A stretch of 64,000 bases of DNA from Octopus bimaculoides. Its lineage: Eukaryota. The stretch is from assembly GCF_001194135.2 (NCBI RefSeq), contig NC_069002.1:37323073-37387072 (forward strand). The letters run 5' to 3'. Shown here piece after piece: positions 12,701 through 25,700 of the stretch (positions are counted from its first letter, which is position 1; the number at the start of each line of letters is the position of its first letter). A program made the translations under genes and the position numbers. Below the pieces are notes generated by a model. The model was given only the letters and a program-made list of their open reading frames with translations. It ran no database searches and was not told where the DNA came from.

Positions 12701-15700
12701 ACCAACATTATGAAGTAAGTCTGAGATCCCAGAAACAGCTGTCAGACTTATAGCACCATACCTTCTCCCCTTTAATTTTCTGTGTCTTTCTACTCTGTGT
12801 AAGTTCATTTCCAGTCTTCTATGAAAATGTTTCTGGCCATGGGGAAATGTAATCTTGCTTGGAAGCAGGTGAGAATTGATGAGAGGAAGGGCATCCATCA
12901 AATAGAATCTGCTTCAAGAGATTGCATCTAACCCATGCATGGAAAAGTGGAGATGATGATGATGATGTATATGGTAATAACATTGAAAGAAGATAATATA
13001 CATATGTAAATGTGTGTCTGCATCTCAGTTTTATGTTTACAGTGGTCTAAGTACTGTTGTTGTTGTGCACGTCCCATAATTTTGTGGTTCAACAAATATG
13101 CATCAATAAAATAACTATTGGATCAATATGATTGACTAAAACCCTTGAAAGTGGTGCCCCAGAATGGGTGTGGCAAAAAGACTGAAACTGGTGAAAGAAT
13201 AAACTATGTGTGTGTATCTTTTCCTGTCCTCATTGTCATTTAATGCCTACTTTCCATGCTGATGTGGGGTGGAAGTTCAGAAGGATCTGATTAGCCAGAG
13301 GATGGCATTAAGCCCAATATCTGCTTTGACTAGGTCACTTCGGTTGGATGCCCTTCCTAATGCTTACATCTTTACAAGAATGTACTGGGTGCTTTTGACA
13401 TCTTCAGGAGTTGATAAAATAAAGTACTAATAAAGTACTGGGGTGATGGTATACACACACACACACACACACACGATCATAAAATCCTCGTGGTTTAAGC
13501 TAACCTTGATGAGAGAGAAATATGCTTCCAAGACATCATCCAATGCTGTGTGCTCTTTACGGAATATGTGTGGCTCAAGAAACTCCAACAAACCAAGGAC
13601 ATATGAGAAGAGAAGCAGATAATTACGACTTCTCATTTCTCCAATCGTGAAATGAGTTTTACCCTGAAGGAGTGCAGCAATGAGGGGCAGCTGCCTGGAA
13701 AAAGTAGACAAAAACATGTTATATATACAAGGAAGATAGTACAAAAGAAGAAAAAACCAAACTATCAGTAAACAAAAGCAGAGAAGAAAAAAGATGATAT
13801 TCAAACAATCTTTAGGTCAATCTTGACCAAGCTGACCTATGAACTGACAATCCAGCTATCCCTATTCTGTTTTTTTTTTTCTGTGTGTGTAATTAAGGAT
13901 ACATTAACCGATGAGTACTTTTATTGTTATAATTATTTAAACCCAATTTTGAAGACTACATCACCTAATGTGAGCTTTCATTACACAATAGTATGATTTT
14001 AGAGAGATTTACCTGCTATTGCTAGCCAAGTATAAGAAACACATCATAAAGATTCATTCACTTGCTCTAAGATTCAATGTCTAAAATTGGTAACATTAGA
14101 AATAAAAACAATTTTATTGTCTTTATTAAGTTAACCTGTTCATAACTATTGTTAATGAAATTCACTGTGTTTCATTAAAAGATGGCCTCAACAGTCAAAA
14201 ATAGAAATAAAAAAGTAGAACTATAATGGTTTCAGAAAAATTTCAGTGTATAGTGTCACCTTCAGGTAACTACAGTGGATACAAGAGCAACACAATAAAC
14301 AAACCTCAGAATAAGAAGAGGGTGTTCAGCAGCTAATTTCCTGCTAGCATTGTTAGCATCATACATTCTGTTTTCAGCTGCTTTACCTGGTAAAGCATTT
14401 CCAAGGGCAGAGAGCAGACGATGAGATATGTGGTCCAGCTAGAGAGAAGAAAATAACTTATAGAGCAACAAAAATAACGGTAATAATTGTTTCTGACAAA
14501 AGCACAAGGCCTGAAATTTGGAGGCGGGAGGGGGAATTGTCAATATTATTGACCCCAGTACTTGACTGGTACTTCATTTCATCAATCCTGAAGGATGAAA
14601 CTTGACCATGGCACAATTTGAATTCAGAATGAAAAGGGCCATAGAACAGATTCTGTGGAGCATTTTGTCTAATGCCATAAAAATTCTGACAATCCACTAT
14701 CCTAATAATAATAATAATGGTTTCAAATTTTTCCACAAGGGCAGCAGTTTTGGGGAAAAGGATGAGTCAATTACATTGATTGGTACATATTTTATTGACC
14801 TCTAAAAGGATGAAAGGCAAAGTCGACCTCGGTGGAGTTTGAACTCAGAACATAGCAACAGGTGAAATACCGCTTAATGGATTGTCCAGCGCACTAACCA
14901 TTCTGCCAGCCTGCCACCTTTTCTACTGTAGACTTAGTCGCCTAGGTAGCAGAAGCTATCAACTACTTCTAGTTTCTCCCCCTGGCATGTGATGGAATCA
15001 GTTTTCTGTACATCTTCAGTGTTTATTGCCCCTGTGCATCTGCCACACACAAAGACTATCTTCCTGGTTAACCTTCCTCTGATATTGCCGCACCTTTCAT
15101 GTGTCCATAGCTTACACCAGGTACATTGTATGGAGTTTCTACCCTCGCCTTTTCTACAGATCGAGCAGGGCCATCTACCTGAAGGGGTTTATGATTTGAC
15201 AGCCTTCCTACTTACTAAGACTTTGGTTTTTGCTAGGTTAATCTTAAGGCCCTTTGATTCTAGACCTTGCTTCCACACCCTAAACTTCATCTCCAGTTCT
15301 GGCAGTGACTCGGCTATTAGAGCAAGGTCATCAGCATAGAGGAGCTCCCAGGCGCAGCCTGTCTTGGACTTCTCTGTTTGTGATGGATCTGTAAATATAA
15401 TTAGAGTCCAGGTATGGACTTTGCTAGGAAGCATCATCATCATCATCACCAGGCTGGTGATGATGATAATGAGCAGCAGCAGCAGCAACGATGAAGACGA
15501 TGATCAGACTTAATGACAACCACATCTTTCAACTTTGTCGTCTCTTTTGTGAGCTACCAACACCAAAGCCGCTACCACCTGCTGTCCTGCAATTTGAACT
15601 CAAAACGTCTACTCCTATCTTACTGTCTTATTTTGGTCATAACAAGTAGACTTCTTTCTCAATGTTCTGCTGACACAGACCTGTGAGAGTGATTGGCAAA

Positions 15701-15988
15701 CCAAGACAGCTTCTTAAATGTATAAATAATTAAATATACTAAAGAATAAAAGTGAAAAAAAACCCCCCAAGTTGAGGGCAGCGTAACTTACCTGACTGGC
15801 ACATTTTTGTGTGGTTTGTACATCTCCTAACAGTAAACTGGTGTCTTGTAACCAGCTGAGAAGGTAAGGATACTGTAGGTATAGCTCCAGCAGAGTATGT
15901 TGGTACAAGTTTGAGAGTGAACTGGAAATGGACATAAAGGCAGAAGAAACAGGTGAGAGATGGATAAACAAACAGAAGATTCACGTCA

Positions 15989-16029
<41 letters not shown>

Positions 16030-17738
16030 TTAACCACATATACATTGATATTTCGTCATTTTTGTGGTCTGTTAACATCATGTACCCACCAGGGTTGAAA
16101 GCAAGTCACCTAGCCAGCCCATGACTTACATGCTCATGGCGTGTTAAAACAAGTACTGGCATGCTCAGAAATTGCATACCTAAGAGAAAATTTACATATG
16201 AAATAAAAGCAGCCCTAGTATAATAAATATTAGTCATCGGCCACGTCAGCGATTTTGATTTATAGAAATAATTAACACTAATCAACCAAGAAAGAAAAAA
16301 TAACCAGGAGGAGAGAGGATTTGCTTACCTGGAACTGAGAGCATATTTTTCCGTGTGTCTCACCAAACCCTTCAACTTCGTATCACTGTTGCTGAGACAA
16401 TTCTTCACTAACTCAATACGACAATTGATCACTGATGCAGAGTCATTGGAGACTTTCTGATCAGAAACGTCTTCTCCTTCTTCTGTCTCCTGCAGACAAG
16501 ATTCACTCGCCTCCTGCACAACATAGTCCACAACTGTACAGATTTGCTCAAGTCTCAACCCAAGAACATCATCTGAAGTGAAACTCTGAATAAAAAGAAA
16601 ACAAAAAGAAAAATAACATTTTTCAATTTATGGAACAATAATTAATTAAAAGAAAACAATTTTTGAAAGTTATATCAAATTATCAGAAAAGAAAGAAATA
16701 ATGTCAAATGTACACTTTGAAACTGTAATGTGAAAAATGATTAGTCTTGTAAATGTTACTTTATTTTTATATAAAGTATCCGTCATGTACTGGAGTGAAA
16801 TAAATTTACTAACACTTTAAACAATTATTATTATTATTATTAAGGAAGCCAACTGGCAGAATCCTTTGCATGCCGGATGAAATATTTAGCAGCATTTCTT
16901 TTGGTTTTATGTTCTGAGTTTAAATACCACAGAAGATGACTTTGTCTTTCATCTTTCTGGGGTCAATAAAATAGGTCCCAGTTGAGAACTGGGACTCATG
17001 TAATTGACTACCCCAACAATTGCTGGCTTTGTGCCAAAATTTGAAACTATTATTATTACTTCTGCCTCAGTGAAGGTGGAGGTATTGCTTACAGCTGTGG
17101 TTTGAGGGGGTGAGGAGCCGACTGGTAGTGAAAAGACAAGAAAGGTAATATGTGCCAATATTTCCCTCAAGTGACTAGTCACTAAAAAGTGCCATTTACG
17201 GAGGAGTGATGGAGGGCTGGGTATTAGAGGAATGGGATATGGAGAATGCTTGATGGGGCAGAATGAATTGCAAGTATAACCAGAATGCTTTCAGGGCATC
17301 ATTTATGCTGTGGTGGGCAGGTCTTCTCAAGCCACAGCAAATAGCCAATCATCTCAGTCATTTGTCATCTTCTCTGCGAGGCTCAGTATCCAGAGATCAG
17401 GTCCCACTACTTCTCTGACGTCTTCCTGGCCCTCCCTATTCCACAAGTTCCTTCCACTGTCCTCATCCACATGCATCACATACTTCCGTAGACAAGAGTG
17501 AAGTTAACTCAGTTGATTCAGTTGAAGATTCCAGTCAACACAAAATAGAATAAAGGGGTGTAAAAGTACCAACCTTTTGACCTTTTCTTTCTTGTCCTTG
17601 CCACAACTTTGGAATGTGAATACAGGCCCAAAGGAAGTCTAGCACAGAGGTCGGGTCATGCCTGCAACAGAAAACAATACAGAAAACATACACATACACT
17701 AAATATGTGTGTGTGTGTGTGTGTGTGTATACATATGC

Positions 17739-17786
<48 letters not shown>

Positions 17787-19733
17787 AATATATATATACA
17801 CATACAATGTGTGTGTGTGTAGGTGTATCTTTTATCTTTCTTTTACCTGTTTCAGTCATTAGACTGCGACGTTGCTGGGGCACCACCTTGAATTTTTAGT
17901 CGAATGAATCAACCCCAGTACTTATTTCTGGTACTTATTTTATTGGTCTCTTTTGCCAAAATGCTAAGTTACAGAGGCATAAACACACCAACACAGACAC
18001 ACATATAGATATATATATATACATATATATACAATGGGCTTATTTCAGTTTCCATCTACCAAATCTACTCATAAAGCTTTGGTCAGCCTGAGGCTCTTAG
18101 TAGATGACACTTGCGCAAGGTGCCATGCAATGGGACTGAACTCAGAACCATGTGGTTGGGAAACAAGCTTCTTACCACACAGCTACTACTGCACCTATAT
18201 ATATATATATATATATATATTGTATGCTTCAATCAACACCCACTCTCCCACTCATTACATATATAGAAGTAGAGGTATAAAAAGAATGACAGACTTATGC
18301 TGAGATAGTGAAAGACAGATGTACAAGAGTGAGAGACAGCAACACTAAGAGAGGGAACAGTTAAGGGACAATTAAAGGAGTCGGTTATCAAATAAGAAGA
18401 TCACAGAAAAGGAATGTAAAAGGTGGAACCCCCCCCCCCACAAAATAGGTGACTTACTTGATGTGTTCGTCAGTCTGCAACAGGTAAGTGATACACCTGT
18501 GTAAGGTACCCCAGTGGCTTTGGTGAGTAAGCAGAGCCAAAAGGTATGCCTGCTGTTGACGGGGACGACCTTTAAAGGATTCCTTCACCATGCTGTTGCT
18601 TAGGTGACCATCAGAGTAGTTGCTATGCACCGAGTTCATGTCGTTGGTGGTAGATGGCAGCATCTTAGATGATGATGATGATGATGATGATTCGGATTGT
18701 TGTTGTTTGGTAAATAGCAGCAACATCTGCAGGTCTGGAGCATTGTGGATGACTTCAGGATCAATGAGTTCCAACCAGTCAACAAACAGCCATGCAGCTG
18801 ATGATGGCACTGCCAATCTGGGATAGATATTTAAGGGGATAATGTGGGATTAAAACTTGTCACTGCAAATCTGGAGATTATATTTAAGGATAGCACAAAT
18901 AAGGATCCCAACAAAAGTTAGCCTTTCATTCAGAAAATATAGTTTAACTTACCCCAACTGATTGTCTTTCAACATTCTGCAGGCAACTTTGGTTATGGAA
19001 CACATCTTCTGAGTTTTTATTTGATTCTTCATACAACATTCAACAACAGACTCAAACAATGGATCTTTCTCTAAACCAAGTTTTTTGAAATCTAGTCAAA
19101 AGAAAGCAAGTGAAAATATATATCAAAATCAACCCCATTCTGAGACAGAAGATTACTTTTTGTATAATCAGGTCCCTCACATGCCGACCCCTACACACTC
19201 TCCATGTTGTCACATGTCTACTATAGACCTCCATTCCAATTTCTCTCACCATCTCTAAACATCTTCCCTCACACTCGTGAAACACCCTTCTCTATTCCCT
19301 CTCTACCACTTATAGTCAGCCCAAATGTACCTTGCAGGGTATGACCCAATACATCTCCAACACCTATTTCTCTTTCTCTCCCTCTCATTTTGTCTCTCTT
19401 CTTTGTTTTTCTCCTGGGGTAGATAAGTATTTCCTCTATAGTAAGACACCTACCTCTATCCCTCTATTATACTTTAACCCCCTCAACCGGCACAAGTCAC
19501 TTCCCTCAGTATCACACCCCCTCCCAGCTAAGGGGTGCAAGTTACTCGGTGACTCTGCTGGTGCTGGTACCACATAAAAAGCACCCAGTACACTCTGCAA
19601 AGTGGTTGGCATTAAAAAAGGCATCCAGCCATAAAAACAATGATAAGCAGACAACACAGCCTGGTGCAGTTCTCTGGCTTGCCAGCTTCTGCCAAACCAT
19701 CCAGCCTATGTCAGCATGGAAGAAGAATATTAA

Positions 19734-19764
<31 letters not shown>

Positions 19765-22700
19765 GAAGGAGGATAAGCAATCATCCAATCACCAGTTTGC
19801 TTGAGACTCTATTTTAAATTTTTCATCTCATTATCAAAATACTCACCTGATACAGTTTTATCTTCTTCAAGTTCTTTGTTAGAATTGAAGATCTTTGAAG
19901 CTACGGTTTGTATTTCTGATGCTCCTGCATGTTGGTTGGAAGAATGGTGACAGTAAGATACCATGTACTGATTAACTACAGCTGCTACTGGAGATCTGTG
20001 ACCTTTACATAAAGACCAGAGTTGTTCCATCATTTGTCTTAAAGAGTCCTGTAGTTGTCGCTGCAAAGTAAGAAACAAAGAGAGGATGAAACCAATAAAC
20101 TGTCCACAGTTTGTCTACCCGATGTGAAAGGCCTCTCCGAAAAGATACAAAAGATATGCAGTCCATATGACATCAGGACAGTATTCAAGAGTAATACAAC
20201 ACTTCACAAATATCTCCTTCAAGTAAAACCACCAATAGAAGAGAATATGACCAAAGACTGCATGTACTCCATCCCATGCAGCTGTGGTAGGTTATACAAG
20301 GGTGAAACATGCCACCTCCTTAAAATAAGGGTAGAGGAACATTGCAAAGCTGTGTCACGGGGGAGATATTGATAAATCAGGTATAGCTGATCATGTATGG
20401 AAAAAGGGAGACCACCTCCCCTTGTGGGATGAAGTTAAAATAACAGACAGAGAACACCACTGGAAAATACGAAAACTAAAAGAAGCAGCACATATGCTAG
20501 GACACAACAACCTCCTAAGCAGACCGAGTGCAGATATGAACAACATATGGGAACCGGTATTAAGGAAGGATAGGAGAATATTAGATTTATAAGCCCTAAA
20601 ATTCACTCCATAATTGCCCACAGCATTCAGTGGTTATGCATAAGGCGTAATGGTTAAGAGCATGGGCTAATAACCCCAAGATTCCAGACAGTGACCTAAA
20701 TGATGAATGATGATGATGTTGGTGATGATGATGACGACGACAACATCAAAAAATACCTTAGGAATGAGAACCCAGGTTCGAAATTTCCCCAAGACACCTG
20801 ATGAAGGCTGGAGGGCATATCAGCCGAAACATATTAACAACAAACAAGATGAGGACAAATATACATAATGTACATTGTACATAATTCCTCATCTCTTAAA
20901 TATAGAACTGTGTTCTTCCTTATTTCAGTCAATTAGGGTCTAATTTGGTTGCCTCTTCTAGCAACTTGAATGACCACACAGGTTCCCTAAATGGCTCTTT
21001 ATCCAAAATTAAATGTCAACTACGGTAAGTTGAAGTAAAAATCTTGAATGAGAGGCACAACAAATTCAAGACTTAGGTTGCCATGCCAACCTTTGACCTT
21101 AAAATTCATATACCAATAATTTTTCACTTCAAACAATTATCCAGAATGCTTCTTGAATTTACAGTAAATTAAACAAACCCAACAAATAAATGATAAAAAT
21201 TAATGCAATCACCTGATCCCTTACCTGTTTTGCAATGAGCAGCTTCAGTAAAGGGCAAGCTTTGGTTGCTGATTTCAACATCTGTTCAACAAATACTTCT
21301 TGTTGAGGAGAGTTCAATATCTGAAAACAAAAAAGAAAAAGGAAGGAATTTGCAACTAAATATTTCACTGGTTTTATTCTTTCAATACAAACCTGCCAAA
21401 GACCATCTATAAGTTCCTACTTATCAAAGCACCCACAACTGCCAATATAAAAATCTTGTGATTAAAATAAAGCTGTGATGTAAGATCTCAGTCAATAAAC
21501 ATATATCAAATTGTGTTTCAAACACGAATGCGAGCAATAATTCTTATTTTTTTAAAATTATCTATTTTGCTGCTAAACCTAAGCAAATTTTTTATCATTT
21601 TAAGCTGTGAATTTGGGTTTGAGATGAATGGTCATGATAGTGTCAAAATGAACACATGCACACACACACAGAAATATACCATGGTACCTTGAGTGAGTGT
21701 CTTCTACGAGAGCCTTGTGAGTGGATTTGGTAGAAAACTGAAAGCTCATATACATATTTGTGCCTTGTGAAATGAAGATTTTTTGTGGCATAAACTGCGA
21801 TCCCACCGACCTGCCAGGTATGATAAACAATAGCATTGGATGGCAACAGAGAATCATGAGAATCCATGCAAACCACATGACTGAATTATGATGAAGATGA
21901 TAACAAAAATTTGAAGCCATTGTTGGTATTCTCCACTGAAGACTGTATATTGCTGATGAGCAGATACCATGATGAGTGTTATCCAGGATACAGTGGAAAA
22001 GTGAACCACTGAATTTGGTTAAAAAGAGACGATGAGCAATAGCTAGAAGAATATTGAGTGAAACCAAGAAACCAGTTGATCTCACAAGTATCAAGTTTGG
22101 TGAGGTTGAGTAAAATAATTTAGCATTGTGTTCGTTGAATATTTTATGGTATCTGTGTGTACGTAAAAAGAACTTATTCCTCACTTCCTTCAAAAAGAAT
22201 GTAAACAACTTAAGTACAATTTATGTAATAACATGTTCCATGAACAGATGAACAATGTAATTCCTAATGACATTGTATCATATAGGAAGTTAAGAGTTAA
22301 TGACCAGTTGAATGTTTCAATTTTGTCAAATTTGCTCTGACATGAACGATAAACACAAACCATTCTGTAGGTTATCATCAATCATTATAAAAATATATAT
22401 TTTCTTTATCTACACACACATACACACAAACATATATATACACATCTATGCACGTACGACACACACACACACACACACACACATGTAGCAATGTAATGCA
22501 ACAGAATGCTGCTTACAGTATACAATTCCCATATAATTCTATGAGCATAGACCAAACTCTGTAGGCATTTGTTTCTGAATTACTACAGAAAATGCTGTTT
22601 GAAATCTTTATTTGGCTAGAAAGTACCAGTAATTAGAAGAACTCACTACTTACCAAGCTAAGGGCCTTTGTGATATTTAATGCCACTTCATTGCTAGATG

Positions 22701-25700
22701 TCAAACTCTGAGGAGAAATGGAGAATGTGAAGAATGTGACAAAATGTTACAAATTGAGAAACTGTCACTTACAGAAATACCACAAAGATGAAGTAAATAT
22801 TTACAAAATATAAAAAGATTTAAACAAAAACACGAATATACCAAGGAAATGATGACAAAAGGTGAGTCTTAGATCTTTAATGTAAATTCATGTAAAAAGG
22901 TTCCACAAACTTCCTCCACCCCAAATAAATAATGATGATATTTCTTCCAAATTTTGGCACAAATCTAATAATTTTAGGAGGGGACAATTAAATACATGCC
23001 CAATAAACACACACAAATTTATATATGTGTGTACATGAATGGTCTTATGTGCCCATGAGGTTAGATATGTGTATCTGTGTGTATGCACATATAGAACTAT
23101 GAATGTACTGAGATATGTAAGTTCATACTTTTACAATAATTTGCTTTTGTACTTTTATTTCAATTTTATGAATTTACAACTTATTCTTCTATATTTTCAA
23201 CATTTTAAAGGATCTTGTGACACATTTTTGTTTGTTCCCATCATATTATTGTATTTTATTCACTATTATTCAATCATTTCTATTTATTTTAAATTATTTT
23301 AGTTTACAAAATATCCCTGATTTTTTTCCTCTTATTTTATCTTATTTTAATTTATAATTTTGTGTGACCACCTAATTTAGTGAGGCGTCAGCTTACTGCA
23401 TTTAGCCAAAGAGAGGGTAAGAGGTTGTTGAACAAATGAACAAACGGAACTATAAATTATGGACAGTAACTTAACGAATTAAAGAAACCACACCTCTTTT
23501 TGAGAATGCAGCAAAGACATGTGATTGACTGTTTGAAAAACTTTTTAACTACTTCTCCTCAGTTTGTAACTCAATTGTACATTCTTTGTCCTATAACATT
23601 TGATACACAATGCTAAATCAATTTCGATAAGAAGCAGTTGTGTACCTGATGTGGAGACAGATTATCCCCATATTTGCTGGATTTTCTACTTCACAAACAC
23701 ATGTACAGAACCGTGACTATCCATATATTCCATATATTTATTTATTGCATACTGTTCAACGGAAGTTGCTATTGAATTCAGAGTTGTGTGGCATTTGTCA
23801 TCTTGTCAAAATTGATTCTATTCATTTTGGAAAAGGATGAAGGGAATCATACATTTTTATTAATAAATGTTATTCTGAGCTGAAAATTCTGCTGAGAATG
23901 AGACATTGCCTGTCATCCTTTCAGGGTCAATAAAATAATTACCAGTCAGATACTGGGGTTGATGTAACCAACTTCCCTTCCCCTCAAAAACTACTAGCCC
24001 TGTGCCAAAATCTGAAACTGGTATCATTAAGTTCTCACCAGTTCTTGGAAATTTATAAAAACAAAGATTACCTTTAATATTTTTTGGTACTGTCCAGCAG
24101 CCAAAGAGTTACTGTTCACAGGACTTGAAAGGAATAGCTAAAAATAGAATGAAATGAAAGGTCATTTGTAAGAAGTGGGGTAAGTTACAGAAGAAGGTTA
24201 TGTGGTAAGTGACACGGTGAAGTTGGGACAGAAGAAATGGCAAAAAAAAAAATGGAAATAAAGCGAAAACCAAAAAAAGGATGTTGAGAAGTAGAAAGGG
24301 AAAGAATGGCAATTGAGGTGTTGATGAGGCAAAAGTACAGCGAAATGTAAGGATATTAATCAATGAAGAATGGGTAAGAGGGAAATGAAAAGTTGAAAGA
24401 TAGAAAGGATCCGAATTTAAAATGGTCATACACATTTCAGGGATAGAACGATCAATAGATAGATCCCTCAGCAATCTATCTTCTAGTCCTGAGTTCATCA
24501 GCTCTATATTATGTTCATTAAAAAGATACTTAACTCACAAATGACACTGTCAACCGAGATGTAAAGGGGTACCACAAACAAAGCACAACCTACCTCTCTA
24601 AACAGTAGCAACAGTGCTGTACAATTGGATAAGTGGTTCATTAGATTGCAGTGCTGCTAAGGTAAACTTCCATTGTGGATCTGGAGAAGCTACACCAGTA
24701 TTCAGGTGTGGCACTTTGTGTTTTACAATTGTTTCGGTGCCAATCTGCCTTGCTTTTGGAACTAGATTGTGATTACCAGAGATTAAATGTGCAATGGTTG
24801 TAAAACAAACTTGTAGCAATACGTAATAAGAGTTGATGAAAAGAATATTATCCCAAGTCAGTTTATCATAATATATTTATTGCTATTTTAGAGAGAAAAA
24901 TACAAAATGTGTCAGTCCAATAGAACAAAAAGAGAAAGACCAGCACGGTGCATTCCAGTAGGTTCATCTGGGTCTCACAATGCATGTGGGTGCACAGACC
25001 ACCAAAATGTTAAACTTATATTATCAGTCATTCCCTTGACTATAACGAAATCATGTAATTGGTAGTATGTGATGTCTTCAATGAAAAGTGTGTTTCATAA
25101 ATGTGACAATTGTCCAGATTTATCAGTTCTAAAAGATTCGAGGCAGTGGGGATTAAAGAAACACACCTTCCAAGTGTGTTTCAATGGCCATAAAATCTAA
25201 CTGGTAACAGCAATAGAGCTGAAATTTTCAGAAACTACCCCTCTCGTGGATACTAACAAATTGTGTAAATTTAAAGAAAATCTAAGAACCTTTGTGATAG
25301 TTGAAATTCCCTGGAATGACCCTAATGGAATCAGTTAGAGAAAGCATTTTGTTTGCAGTCATGCTTCATCACTTATGACTCTATCAATTTCTATTGCCTT
25401 TACTTGTCAATATCATCAGCTGACTGACCACTAACACAATCCAGTCTGTCTGAGTGCTTGTCCAACTCTTTTCCACTACTTATTTGCTATTCTTTTTATA
25501 AGCTGTAATCAACGTACTCAAAGCATGACTGATTTTCAATCAACAATTTTGGATTTGTTTGAATTTTTACTGACATCAGTCAAAGAATATGAGATGTAGT
25601 TGTTGAGCATCGTTGCTTAGGTTTCTCTTGACACCAACACATTTGTAAGCTGCTTTGATCTGATTCCAAATATTACTACAAGACCCTTGGTCAGTTTGTT

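Noticed and set aside
21600-22208. 202-aa minus-strand ORF
   Set aside because: No recognisable domain; overlaps a SINE and a probable LINE remnant; antisense-of-repeat artefact.
24594-24820. Strong minus-strand donor GAG|gtaggt at 24594 and an ORF containing SPDPQWK, similar to human INTS1 SPDPRWQ
   Set aside because: The SPDPQW frame stops before the donor, the acceptor in the donor frame is weak, and exons 29 and 30 already join in phase and align (YLQQ|LFLSSP).
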